From NCBI GenBank assembly GCA_029856155.1, contig JAHQWL010000072.1, positions 1 to 64,000 of the forward strand: a stretch of 64,000 nucleotides of DNA, given 5' to 3'. Below the pieces are notes generated by a model that saw only the letters and a list, made by a program, of their open reading frames with translations, made no database searches and was not told the origin of the DNA. Of this stretch, positions 31,686 to 41,291 are shown in pieces. Positions within the stretch are counted from its first letter, which is position 1; every line of letters starts with the position of its first letter. Position numbers and translations under genes: made by a program. Source of the DNA: Promethearchaeia archaeon (lineage in GTDB: Archaea; Asgardarchaeota; Lokiarchaeia; Sigyniarchaeales; SOKP01).

Positions 31686-31846
31686 TTAAAATCTCATTCA
31701 AAATGTTTTTATTAACATTATGTAAATAAGATTTAAATTATTTTTTATTACATTATAGTTTTTCAAAAAGAACCATCAGAACTAATAAAATTTAAAATTT
31801 ATAAATAATTACTATATTTATTCTTAATACTAACGGTCACTAATAA

Positions 31847-32128
31847 ATGAAATACCCTAGAACTATTAACCGCTATTGTCCAACTTGTGGATCACATAAG
31901 AAGCATACAGTTGTTCTTTATAAAAAAGGGAAGGAAAGGATGCTTAATCAAGGAAGGAGAAGAGTAGAAAGGAAAAAAGCGGGCTATGGCTCATTTCCTA
32001 AAGAAATTTTCCATAAAAACGCAAAATTAAATAAGAGGACCACCCCATTATTAGAATGTACTGAATGTGGGAAAAAACAATATGCCAAATCATATCGTGT
32101 TAAGCGGTTTGAAGTCCAGGAAGTATAA
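31847..32128 (+). CDS. rpl44e: 50S ribosomal protein L44e (eL42)
   Basis: [33 protein letters not shown]. Confidence 0.95.
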   Translation: MKYPRTINRYCPTCGSHKKHTVVLYKKGKERMLNQGRRRVERKKAGYGSFPKEIFHKNAKLNKRTTPLLECTECGKKQYAKSYRVKRFEVQEV

Positions 32129-32142
32129 AAGAAGTGAAAGAT

Positions 32143-32349
32143 ATGGTACATAAAAGAAAAAAAAAAGAGCTTATTCCACAACCAAAAAGCAGGTTTTTAC
32201 GCGTAAAGTGTTTGAATTGTGGAAATCAACAGATCATATTTGGTTGTTCAGCAACAGATGTGGAATGTTTAGTGTGTGGAAAAAAATTGCTTCAATCAAC
32301 AGGTGGGAAAGCAAGAATTCTTACCAAGATTTTAGAAGTTCTTTCTTAA
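32143..32349 (+). CDS. rps27e: 30S ribosomal protein S27e
   Basis: [28 protein letters not shown]; ATG 32143 after AAGTGA. Confidence 0.96.
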   Translation: MVHKRKKKELIPQPKSRFLRVKCLNCGNQQIIFGCSATDVECLVCGKKLLQSTGGKARILTKILEVLS

Positions 32350-32479
32350 AGAAATTTTTAGCACATTACATCTTAGTTAAGTAAAATCTCATCTTAGCTA
32401 TTCTTTTAATCGTAAAATAATGAATGGAAATGTTAGACTGAAAAAATAATCTATTGAATCTATTCATTTTTTATTTTTT

Positions 32480-32499
32480 CGTGAAACTGTTCTTTCACG
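32480..32499. terminator. possible bidirectional hairpin terminator
   Basis: CGTGAAA-ctgttc-TTTCACG flanked by T and A runs between convergent genes. Confidence 0.3.
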
Positions 32500-32558
32500 T
32501 AAAAATCTCAATACCCAAGTAATATAATTATTTAATTTGAATTCAGAAAATGCTAACG

Positions 32559-33677
32559 TTATTTATAATTAGATTTATTCATAACCCATTTTGTCGCTCC
32601 CGCTGCTAATCTTCCGATCTGTATCTTTAGAGATAATTTTGGTCCCCATTTATTATAGGAAAACCTCAAAAAAAGATAATAGATTATAACCATTATAAGA
32701 ATAAAAAACCAAATATTATAAAAATGTAAAGATTGATAGAAAAAGAAATAATTAATATTCTGCAATAAAAAAACTGTTAGGGAATAGTAAGAAAAATAAT
32801 ATAAGAACTTATAGCTCTTTTCTGGTTTAAAAAATTCATATATATCAATAGTTATAAACACAGAAATTAGAATTACTTCAATACCTAAGGAATACATTAA
32901 CCACCATATATTTGATTTTATTGACAACATTGCTTCTGTAAATAATAAAGGTAACAAAAAATTAAATCCAACCACAATAAGAATAGTACCTATTAACAAC
33001 GAGGGTATCAATAATTTACTTTTTACTGTTTTCCTCTTCTCTAAATCATTATCAATAAGAGAGATGTCATAGATTACATCACCTATAACTGTTCCTATTA
33101 AAAAAAACGTGAAAAATGATAATATAATATTTTGGTCTATAGGATTATACAAAATATGATATAAGATTCCAAATAAGTTAAACTGTCCTTTATATGGTAT
33201 TAACACAATTAACAATATTTGATTAATTATCCAAATTAATACTCCCACTAGTATTCTAAATATCTTTGATCTTTTTAATAGTGGCCATGACATTAAAAGA
33301 CATACACCTAAAGTTAATAAAATGAACCACCCCCAAATTTCTGAAGGATCCATATACAATATCGCCACAAATATATTATAGATTAAACCAAGAATTACAA
33401 TAAACACCGCTCTAAATAAATATTCATATTTAACTTGAGTAAATCTATAATTTTCATTTTTATCTACTTTTATGAGCCGATTTCTATAAGATATCATAGT
33501 ACTTATTCCTGATATAAAAGTAAATCCGACGGCACCTAAAGTAGAAAGAATGGATATATAACTACTCATCAAAATCAATTTTATTTCAGGAACAGGCCAC
33601 CATGTAATCATGTGGCCTACAATCATATATAACATTGCTAATCCTCGAAACGTATCTAGGCTTTTTAACCGTTTCAT
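32559..33677 (-). CDS. DUF1624/HGSNAT-like membrane acyltransferase-domain protein
   Basis: RLKSLDTFRGLAMLYMIVGH, FTFISGIS, ~10 TM, YSLTVFLLQ. Confidence 0.8.
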   Translation of the reverse strand: MKRLKSLDTFRGLAMLYMIVGHMITWWPVPEIKLILMSSYISILSTLGAVGFTFISGISTMISYRNRLIKVDKNENYRFTQVKYEYLFRAVFIVILGLIYNIFVAILYMDPSEIWGWFILLTLGVCLLMSWPLLKRSKIFRILVGVLIWIINQILLIVLIPYKGQFNLFGILYHILYNPIDQNIILSFFTFFLIGTVIGDVIYDISLIDNDLEKRKTVKSKLLIPSLLIGTILIVVGFNFLLPLLFTEAMLSIKSNIWWLMYSLGIEVILISVFITIDIYEFFKPEKSYKFLYYFSYYSLTVFLLQNINYFFFYQSLHFYNIWFFILIMVIIYYLFLRFSYNKWGPKLSLKIQIGRLAAGATKWVMNKSNYK

Positions 33678-33812
33678 ATAATTCTGGTGAAAATTAGAGA
33701 TTATCTGATAAATTTAATGTTAAATACCAGAACTAGTACAATTTTTTATTTTTTTTAAATTGTAAGGTTTTAATTAATTTAAAGGAAATTCTATTCCTTA
33801 TATAATGAGAAA

Positions 33813-34148
33813 TTATTCCCGCCATGTATATCTGCAATTAGTACATTTAAAAAAGTGAGTACTTGGTTCATCAGAACTCCTTATTTGCACTTGCCAGGTT
33901 TCGGCTTCAAGATTCCCACATTTAGGACATTCTTTTCTTGTCCTAGGGTTTGCTGAGATTTTATCTTCTTCAGAAAGTATAACTAGGTTCTTTTTTAAAT
34001 ATTTTTTCTTTTTATGGATACTTTCTTTTATTTTATTAGTATCAGACTCCATCTCCCTTTCATAACCACACTTACATGCTAAAAATGACTTTTCATTTAC
34101 TTTTTTTTTGCGTAAGAGGTTTGAGCATTCGGGGCAAAATTCAACCAT
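33813..34148 (-). CDS. tfs: transcription factor S (TFS/RpoM family)
   Basis: FCPECSNLL zinc ribbon; QIRSSDEP acidic cleavage motif; CTNCRYTWRE. Confidence 0.92.
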   Translation of the reverse strand: MVEFCPECSNLLRKKKVNEKSFLACKCGYEREMESDTNKIKESIHKKKKYLKKNLVILSEEDKISANPRTRKECPKCGNLEAETWQVQIRSSDEPSTHFFKCTNCRYTWRE

Positions 34149-34271
34149 ATCAATTACTCTAAGATAAAATATTAAATATATAGATTAAAAATAATAATAT
34201 TTAAAAAATCTTACCTTATCTATTAATGTACACAAAAAAGTGAATTATTTGAAATAATCAATTACGTAAAA

Positions 34272-34637
34272 ATGAATTTTATGAAGTTTAAGGAATTTAT
34301 TACTTTTTTAGGAACAAAGGATCTTATTAAAACATCACATTTTTATCAAAATATCCTAGGAATGACTATATATAAAGATCAAGATGTTTGTTTAATTTTT
34401 AATATTAATAATCAGAGTAAAATCGGCTTTTGCAAACATATGGCAGTTATTCATGAAGATAAAAATCCAATCCTCACTTTTGTTACAGAAAAGGTTGATG
34501 AAATATATCACAAATTGATTAAATTTAGGGTGGAGAGCGTAGAACAACCTAAAATTAATGAAAAATTTAATATTTATCACTTTTTCTTTAAAGATCCTAA
34601 CGGATATACGATTGAGATACAAAAATTTTTGGATTAA
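34272..34637 (+). CDS. VOC/glyoxalase family protein
   Basis: FYQNILGM ... FFFKDPNGYTIEI. Confidence 0.9.
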   Translation: MNFMKFKEFITFLGTKDLIKTSHFYQNILGMTIYKDQDVCLIFNINNQSKIGFCKHMAVIHEDKNPILTFVTEKVDEIYHKLIKFRVESVEQPKINEKFNIYHFFFKDPNGYTIEIQKFLD

Positions 34638-34668
34638 AAGAAGGATATTAAAAAATAGATTATTAAAT

Positions 34669-34989
34669 CTAATCTAATTCTTTCTTCATTTGATATAATT
34701 TTTGATAATATTTAAAATTCAATTTCTTCATATCTTGGATAATATCTGCATTAATCCGTTTTTCTCCCGTAGATTGAAACTCTAAGTCGCCAATTACATT
34801 AATTAAATCATTCTCTTTAAAATTAAAATCATCGATTTTAATAATGCTAACATTAATTTGGTCTGTTTGATCATCTAAAACAAAAAGCTCATCATTGATT
34901 CTGCTTTTTATATATCCTGTAACTTGGATTCGCTCATCATCGATAGTGATATCTTTAATCATTCTTTGTTTTGCGTGCTGAAATGACAT
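34669..34989 (-). CDS. single OB-fold protein, RPA14/RPA3-like ssDNA-binding subunit
   Basis: RIQVTGYI, LDDQTDQI, LINVIG, INADIIQD + C-terminal helix, matching the small archaeal RPA subunit pattern; divergent from PCNA. Confidence 0.7.
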   Translation of the reverse strand: MSFQHAKQRMIKDITIDDERIQVTGYIKSRINDELFVLDDQTDQINVSIIKIDDFNFKENDLINVIGDLEFQSTGEKRINADIIQDMKKLNFKYYQKLYQMKKELD

Positions 34990-35168
34990 TTTTTTTTAAA
35001 TAAGAATCATTTAATTATCTAGTACAAATTTGAAAATTTAAGATAAGTATAAATAATTAATTTAAAACCTAAAATTGATATTATTAAAAGACTAATATCA
35101 ACCATTATTAATAATGCGAATTACACAATATTATCTTATTTATAATTGAATAATTGTACTGAAAGATT

Positions 35169-35972
35169 ATGACCTTCAAATTAAAATTAGAAAATAGTCG
35201 GATATTGAAAGGAATTGTTGAAACTCTTTCAAGCATTATCGATGAAACAGAGTTTCGAGTCACTCCTAAAGAGTTTACAATTTCAGCGATGGATCCTAGT
35301 AGAATTTGTTTATTAAAATTATCTGTTAAAAAGGATAATTTTGATGAATATCAATGTGCCAAAGAATCAAAAGTTGGACTGAATTTAGATGATTTAGATA
35401 AAATTTTAAAAAGATGCGCGGCGACTGATTCTGTTGAAATTGATTTTAATGAAGCTGATCAGAAAATAAAAATCAAAATGCAACGTGAGGGCATGACTCG
35501 CACTAGAACTTTTAGCTTAGCTTTATTAGATATTGATATTGAAGAAATTCCTATGGATAATTTATTAAAGATAGAATATCCTTCAAAATGGGTTATTGAG
35601 CCAGATTTTTTAGTTGAAGCAATAAAGGATGCTGAAATTTATTCCGAAATCCTTAACATGATTTCAACAGAAGGACAAGGATTAATTTTTAGTTCTACGG
35701 GGCAAATTGGTGAAATGGAATATAATCTTAGTGAAGATGATTTAATAGAAACAGATCTTAATGGAACTAGTAGTGGTGCATATTCCTTAACATTTTTAAA
35801 AGCAATTTTAAAAATAGCTTCAATCACAGAAAAGCTAGAAATATCTCTAAAAACTGATCATCCCTTAAAAATGATATTCAATCTTCTTGAAGGTGGCGAA
35901 TTAAGTTACTTCTTAGCTCCTAGAGTCGAAGAAGCTGAATTTGAAGAAGATGAAGATATGGATGAATTTTAA
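35169..35972 (+). CDS. pcn: DNA polymerase sliding clamp PCNA
   Basis: SAMDPSRI, YSLTFL, DHPLKM, SYFLAPRVE. Confidence 0.97.
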   Translation: MTFKLKLENSRILKGIVETLSSIIDETEFRVTPKEFTISAMDPSRICLLKLSVKKDNFDEYQCAKESKVGLNLDDLDKILKRCAATDSVEIDFNEADQKIKIKMQREGMTRTRTFSLALLDIDIEEIPMDNLLKIEYPSKWVIEPDFLVEAIKDAEIYSEILNMISTEGQGLIFSSTGQIGEMEYNLSEDDLIETDLNGTSSGAYSLTFLKAILKIASITEKLEISLKTDHPLKMIFNLLEGGELSYFLAPRVEEAEFEEDEDMDEF

Positions 35973-36469
35973 TCAATTAAATGTAATTTTTGTAACTACG
36001 ATGAAATAATTAAAAATACGATTAAATAATGAAAAAACATTTTATAATTTTAAATTATTTAATCATCCATTTTTAATGTTTCTTGAATCTCCTCAACTCC
36101 CTTTCTTATTAAATTCAAAATTTCCGATATATCATAGACTCGAATTATTTCTTAAATAAATCTCGAAAAATTAATGATTTCTTTATAGATAGGGAACTTT
36201 TTTTCATTTATTTTCCAATCTTTTTTTAATTTAATTATCGTATAAAAATTATAGATTATCAGAGAATGCTTGGATCATCGAAATTTCAAAGATAAATTTT
36301 TCATTAATTCGTCGTAGTTACATACCTCTTTTCTTATTATTTATTATTTTATTAATAGAATAATTAAAATTATCAGTAAATTAATTTACTCTTAATCTAT
36401 TAAAATATAGTCCCATCATTTTTTTTAGACTTATATTATTTAGATTTAAATGAAGAGAACTTTTGAGCT

Positions 36470-37657
36470 ATGAGCGACATCTATGACTTGGTAAAGCGGT
36501 ATCCATGGCTTCCTTCTTTAAAAACATACTATTCGGATATGGCTTCAAAGGATCCTTTAAATTTTATTAAAGAAATCTTTACCTCAGATAATTTTAAAAA
36601 TCTGAAGATTAAAACATTAAATATATTCAATGATGCGTTTAATAACATTGAGGAGATATCAGATTATGATTTTGATGAAACCAATATTTATATATATCTA
36701 ATATTAAGAATTTTGCTTTATATTTTGAATAACAAAATTCTCTCCAATCGTGTTGCTAACATATACTCTAAAACCACCTACAATGAATTAAATAAAGAAA
36801 ATGAATATAACTTATATTATATTTATAAGGATTTAGATTTAGAGGTATTATATGAAGATTTTCAAACAATATATAAGAAGATAGTTGTAAAAGGTCAACA
36901 AGAAATATATAAAACAAATTTTAAGATTTCTTATATAGATTATTTAAAATTAGCATCTAACTTGAAGGATGATTATAGAAAATTAGTGAATAATGCTCTT
37001 CGGCAGGGCTATGTATATATTAAACCAGAAAATCTAAATAGATTGTTACAAGAACATGTACGGATGAAATTGTTGGCTCAAAAAATCGTTGACTCTACTA
37101 ATTTAAACAAATTTAAAGAGAAATTATTTGAAGTTCAAGAATTTAAAGATTTATATGATTCTATATCAGAGATTTGGGAATCAAAAAAAGAAGAATTTGA
37201 ATACTCATTAGATATCACCTATAAAGAAGGAAAAGATATTTCGAAATCATTCCCTCCCTGTATTAAAGAAGTTATAACTAAAGCACAAGAAGGCCAGAAT
37301 TTAATACATACTGAGAGATTGTTTATTTTATGGGTTTTAAATGCACTTAAATATCCTGAAGAGAAAATAGTCAATGTTTTTTCAACTTTGCCTGATTTTG
37401 ATAGAGAAAAAACTGCTTATCAAGTCAAATATGCAATTAAAAAAGGATATACTCCTTATTCATGTAAATCATTAAAATCTTACACTTTATGCATGGCGAA
37501 TAAATATAAAGATAAGTTATGTTTAGAGGGTTATTTTTCTAAGAAATTGCAAGAACAACGACAAATAACTCATCCAATGTTTTATATTAATCTTAAGCAA
37601 AATAAATCTACAACAAAAAAAAATCCAGAAAAAAAATTGAATGAAAAAGATGGCTGA
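36470..37657 (+). CDS. priL: DNA primase large subunit
   Basis: KLVNNALRQGYV, FPPCIK, PDFDREKT.YQV, YTPYSC and downstream Fe-S Cys. Confidence 0.92.
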   Translation: MSDIYDLVKRYPWLPSLKTYYSDMASKDPLNFIKEIFTSDNFKNLKIKTLNIFNDAFNNIEEISDYDFDETNIYIYLILRILLYILNNKILSNRVANIYSKTTYNELNKENEYNLYYIYKDLDLEVLYEDFQTIYKKIVVKGQQEIYKTNFKISYIDYLKLASNLKDDYRKLVNNALRQGYVYIKPENLNRLLQEHVRMKLLAQKIVDSTNLNKFKEKLFEVQEFKDLYDSISEIWESKKEEFEYSLDITYKEGKDISKSFPPCIKEVITKAQEGQNLIHTERLFILWVLNALKYPEEKIVNVFSTLPDFDREKTAYQVKYAIKKGYTPYSCKSLKSYTLCMANKYKDKLCLEGYFSKKLQEQRQITHPMFYINLKQNKSTTKKNPEKKLNEKDG

Positions 37658-38930
37658 TGAGAAATATTTAAAAAGGATTTTCCAAGCATACTATAAAGAA
37701 AAACAATCTGAAATTCCATTAGTTAATCTTTATGAACAAAGAGAATTTGGATTCATTCCTTGGGAGAAATTAATAATGATAAGGCATATAGGATTTAATT
37801 CTTCTGTGAATTTGAAAAAATATTTCATAGCTAATACTCCAAAACATGCTTATGCGAGTGGTTCACTGTATCTTCAACCTGAAAATCAGGATATGCTAGG
37901 GAAAGGGTATCAAGGATGTGATTTGATTTTTGATATTGATGTTGATCACTTCTATACGCCTTGTAAAGAGGATCATGATATCTGGTATTGTAAAGAATGT
38001 GGAGAGAATGGAAGAGGTATGGTACAGAAGTGCCCAAAATGTGGTAAATTAAAATTAAAGAAAATTACTTGGATTTGTGAAGATTGTTTAGATGCTGCTA
38101 AAAATGAGATTATTAAGTTAATTTATAACTTTTTAATTCCCGATTTTAATATTGATATCGAAAAGATGAAAATTGCATTTTCAGGACACCGAGGGTATCA
38201 TTTGAAAATTGAAGATGAAAAAATGAGAACCCTGACTAGTGATGAAAGGAGGGAAATTGTTGATTATATGACAGGAGAGAATATTTCATTCGAGATCTTA
38301 GGTTTGCAGGAAAAAGGAGGAAATATATTTGGATTTTCAAGAAAAACAATTGGATGGCCTCAAAAAATAATTAATAAAATTGAAAACATATTAAAAAAAT
38401 CTAACATTGAAATAGAAACTCTGCTATCAGAAAAAAGAACATATAATTTAAGTCAAAATCTAATAGAAAATTTCTTAAACTTTAAGGAAAACTTCCTTAA
38501 AATAATTGAAAATAATAATAATAACAATTGGACCTTAGTCGGCTTTACTTTAAATGCTTGGATTAAATTTTTAAGAACAATAGTTACAGAACTTGGAATC
38601 GAAGTTGATATCCCTGTTACAATCGATACTCACAGATTAATTCGATATCCTGGATCATTACACGGTACTACAGGATTTAAAGTTCAAGAAATATATCATG
38701 ATGATCTCGATCTTTTCAATCCGTTAGACGAATCGAATGAAAAATTAGATCCAATCGTCTTTAAAAGTGAAAAGATAATTACTCAAAAAATCGAAATTAT
38801 TGAAACTAAGATACCAGCAACAAAAATTAAAGGAGAAACATTTGGACCTTACACCCAAGGAGAGAAAATTGAAGTACCTCACCATATTGCTGTTTTTTTA
38901 CTATGTAAAGGAGTAGCTAAAACCATTTAA
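37641..38930 (+). CDS. priS: DNA primase small (catalytic) subunit
   Basis: REFGF, LIFDIDVDH, FSGHRGYH, VTIDTHRLIRYPGSLH. Confidence 0.96.
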   Translation: MKKMADEKYLKRIFQAYYKEKQSEIPLVNLYEQREFGFIPWEKLIMIRHIGFNSSVNLKKYFIANTPKHAYASGSLYLQPENQDMLGKGYQGCDLIFDIDVDHFYTPCKEDHDIWYCKECGENGRGMVQKCPKCGKLKLKKITWICEDCLDAAKNEIIKLIYNFLIPDFNIDIEKMKIAFSGHRGYHLKIEDEKMRTLTSDERREIVDYMTGENISFEILGLQEKGGNIFGFSRKTIGWPQKIINKIENILKKSNIEIETLLSEKRTYNLSQNLIENFLNFKENFLKIIENNNNNNWTLVGFTLNAWIKFLRTIVTELGIEVDIPVTIDTHRLIRYPGSLHGTTGFKVQEIYHDDLDLFNPLDESNEKLDPIVFKSEKIITQKIEIIETKIPATKIKGETFGPYTQGEKIEVPHHIAVFLLCKGVAKTI

Positions 38931-38990
38931 GTTAAAAAATTTAAACTCACAACACTTTTTTATTATATAAATCTTAAAAATTCGATATTT

Positions 38991-39656
38991 ATGGAATTGC
39001 AAAAAGAATATGAAAAACTCTATCAACATTGGCTCAAAGAGTTCCAAAATACAGATATAACTGAATTAAGGCAAGAACATTTCAATGATTACATAAAGAT
39101 TTTGAATTTTATTAATGAGCATAAAGAAAAAGAAAGGGATGTAATAAAACAACAAATATTTGAATCCTACAAAGATAATATAAATTATTTATTTAATGAT
39201 CTATTGAAGATTAGAGAACTCAAGATAATAAACTCAGCATTAGCTCTAAATGAAATTAGTATTGATAATCTTATTGAATCTGAGAGATTGCTTTATGAAA
39301 ATTTAGTAAGTTCTATTAAAGGGTATAAAAAAGTAAAAGCTATATCAATATATAATGAACGCCAAGTTCCATCAGAGATCTTGATTGAACCAAAAGCAGA
39401 AGTACACTCTGTTGTTGAAGAGGAACCAATCTTGAAAGAAGAGAACCTTTCTAGAATTCTTGATTATAAAAATAAAGGTGACCTAGAAAAAATCAACTTT
39501 ACACTTATAAGATTTTTAAGGGCTACTCCTCCATTAGTAGGTGTTGACCTTATAAATTATGGACCTTTCGAAAAGGAAGATATTGCAAATCTCCCCCAAG
39601 AAAACGCCAAAATTCTAATAATTGAAAAATTTGCTGAAAAAATAGAGCTTCCTTAA
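38991..39656 (+). CDS. GINS complex subunit (Gins15/Gins51 type)
   Basis: Helical A domain with R..KI; B domain 'LIRFL..TPPLVGVDL.NYGPF.KEDIANLP.ENA'; follows priS. Confidence 0.85.
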   Translation: MELQKEYEKLYQHWLKEFQNTDITELRQEHFNDYIKILNFINEHKEKERDVIKQQIFESYKDNINYLFNDLLKIRELKIINSALALNEISIDNLIESERLLYENLVSSIKGYKKVKAISIYNERQVPSEILIEPKAEVHSVVEEEPILKEENLSRILDYKNKGDLEKINFTLIRFLRATPPLVGVDLINYGPFEKEDIANLPQENAKILIIEKFAEKIELP

Positions 39657-39658
39657 CT

Positions 39659-39862
39659 TTATTTAAACTTCTTATCAAAATCTTCTTTAAAATATTCTAA
39701 TCGATACTTTCCATATTTGTCTATCAAAGAAAACTTTGGAGGTCTTGGATTCATTAACATCCCTCCACAATAACGACACTTTGATTCAGGATTCTGTAAT
39801 CCATATTTATTACAATTATTACATTTTTGGAGGTATTTTGTCATTGTTAATAATACTTTCAT
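39659..39862 (-). CDS. nop10: H/ACA RNP protein Nop10
   Basis: CxxC...CxxCGG, PRPPKFSLIDKYGKYR; start may be ATG 39844. Confidence 0.92.
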   Translation of the reverse strand: MKVLLTMTKYLQKCNNCNKYGLQNPESKCRYCGGMLMNPRPPKFSLIDKYGKYRLEYFKEDFDKKFK

Positions 39863-39873
39863 ATTATAAATTT

Positions 39874-40695
39874 TTAATCTCGAATAAACTCAAACGTCCC
39901 ATTATATTTTTCTGCATTTTGTTCTATAATTTCTAATGCATCAGATAAAATATTTTCTGCATCAAGATAATCTTTTGAAACTATTTCTAATCGATAAAAT
40001 GGTGCTGCAATATAATGGATATTAATATTTCTTGTTTCCTTTGGTTGAATTATTTTTAAGGCTTTTATTAGGGATTCTTTGATATGGTCTACCCCATTTT
40101 CTGAAGTAAATGAAAGTTTTACCTTACCAGATATATTTACAGTTGAAATACTTACATTTTCATTAATGATTCTTATTAAAGCTTTCTTTGTATCCTCTGT
40201 AATTCCTTCTAAGTCAGATAAAATTTCCTCTCCATTTTCTTTAAGGCTTTCAATAGCTTCTTGATATGTCTCGAAACGATCTAAAACTGGAAACCCAATT
40301 AATTCATACGTTTCATCCAAAGTTATATCAATCCCTTCTGTTTCTGTTAGAAATTGTAGTAAATTTTCAAACTTTAAGGCATATTTCCATTCCTTCATTC
40401 GATTCTCTTTTTGAGCTGAATTTACTCTTCGCAAGGACAAGTCCACATGCCCTTTCTCTACATCTACTCTTAGTACTCGTAGAACTACTCTTTGACCGAT
40501 ACGAACATAATTACGTATATTTTTAATCCAACGAGAACTTATTTCAGAAATATGGATCATACCTCTAGCATATTCCTCAGAATCCAAACCCTCGAAATCA
40601 ATTAAATCAACATAAACATATTGGTTTTGAACCTCAGTTACTTTAGCAATTACAAATTTACCTTCCTTTGGAAACGCACTTTTACTTTTTACCAT
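39874..40695 (-). CDS. eif2a: translation initiation factor aIF2 alpha
   Basis: S1 domain IHISEISSRWIKNI, GHVDLSLRRV, AAPFYR. Confidence 0.96.
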   Translation of the reverse strand: MVKSKSAFPKEGKFVIAKVTEVQNQYVYVDLIDFEGLDSEEYARGMIHISEISSRWIKNIRNYVRIGQRVVLRVLRVDVEKGHVDLSLRRVNSAQKENRMKEWKYALKFENLLQFLTETEGIDITLDETYELIGFPVLDRFETYQEAIESLKENGEEILSDLEGITEDTKKALIRIINENVSISTVNISGKVKLSFTSENGVDHIKESLIKALKIIQPKETRNINIHYIAAPFYRLEIVSKDYLDAENILSDALEIIEQNAEKYNGTFEFIRD

Positions 40696-40818
40696 TGTTT
40701 TGACAAAACTTTAGTTAGTTATTTAATTTTTATGAATTCTTAATTTTATTTAACGAACTATAATTTTTTATTTTTATTATCTTTCAAGAAAAAAAAGTAT
40801 ATAAAAAGTGATTAAGAA

Positions 40819-41265
40819 ATTCCTAATTGGTTTATTCATAATAAGTGGGCAAAAAAAGCGGGAATTAAAAAAAATGTTTCAGATTTGGTAAATAGAGCCC
40901 TAGATTATGGATTTAATTGGGCTTATTATAAACAAGATCAAATAGAATTTGAAATAAACAACGAGAGTATAATTTTCCGTCAACTAAAATATTTTTATGA
41001 GAAAAATAAAAATAAAAAAGGCTATATTAAAGCACTTTATCTACATCATATTTTAGATTTCTTTAAGGAAACGCATGTTAATATCTATGATATCAATTTA
41101 GTTTTCGAAAAATTTCTACAAAATAAAGTTATACTTGAAATTCCCGATGCTGAAGGTAAGAAAATAAGCTTCCAAGAAGATTTGCAAGAAATATTCAAAC
41201 TATTAAAAGATAATAAAAAAGAATTGTATGAGGATTTAAAAGGAGAATATTTGGCTGATTTATAA
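40819..41265 (+). CDS. hypothetical protein, possible helical metal-binding hydrolase; extended to an ATT start
   Basis: Frame open from 40816; ATT-CCT-AAT-TGG gives (M)PNWFIHNKWA 7 nt after AAGTGA; 'LYLHHILD' His cluster. Confidence 0.6.
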   Translation: MPNWFIHNKWAKKAGIKKNVSDLVNRALDYGFNWAYYKQDQIEFEINNESIIFRQLKYFYEKNKNKKGYIKALYLHHILDFFKETHVNIYDINLVFEKFLQNKVILEIPDAEGKKISFQEDLQEIFKLLKDNKKELYEDLKGEYLADL

Positions 41266-41291
41266 AATGCTAAAATCATAAAATAATGAAT

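Noticed and set aside
36060-36350. Protein-like fragments on the minus strand between PCNA and priL
   Set aside because: Broken by stops and frameshifts and not assignable to a family; may be a decayed gene but unsupported.
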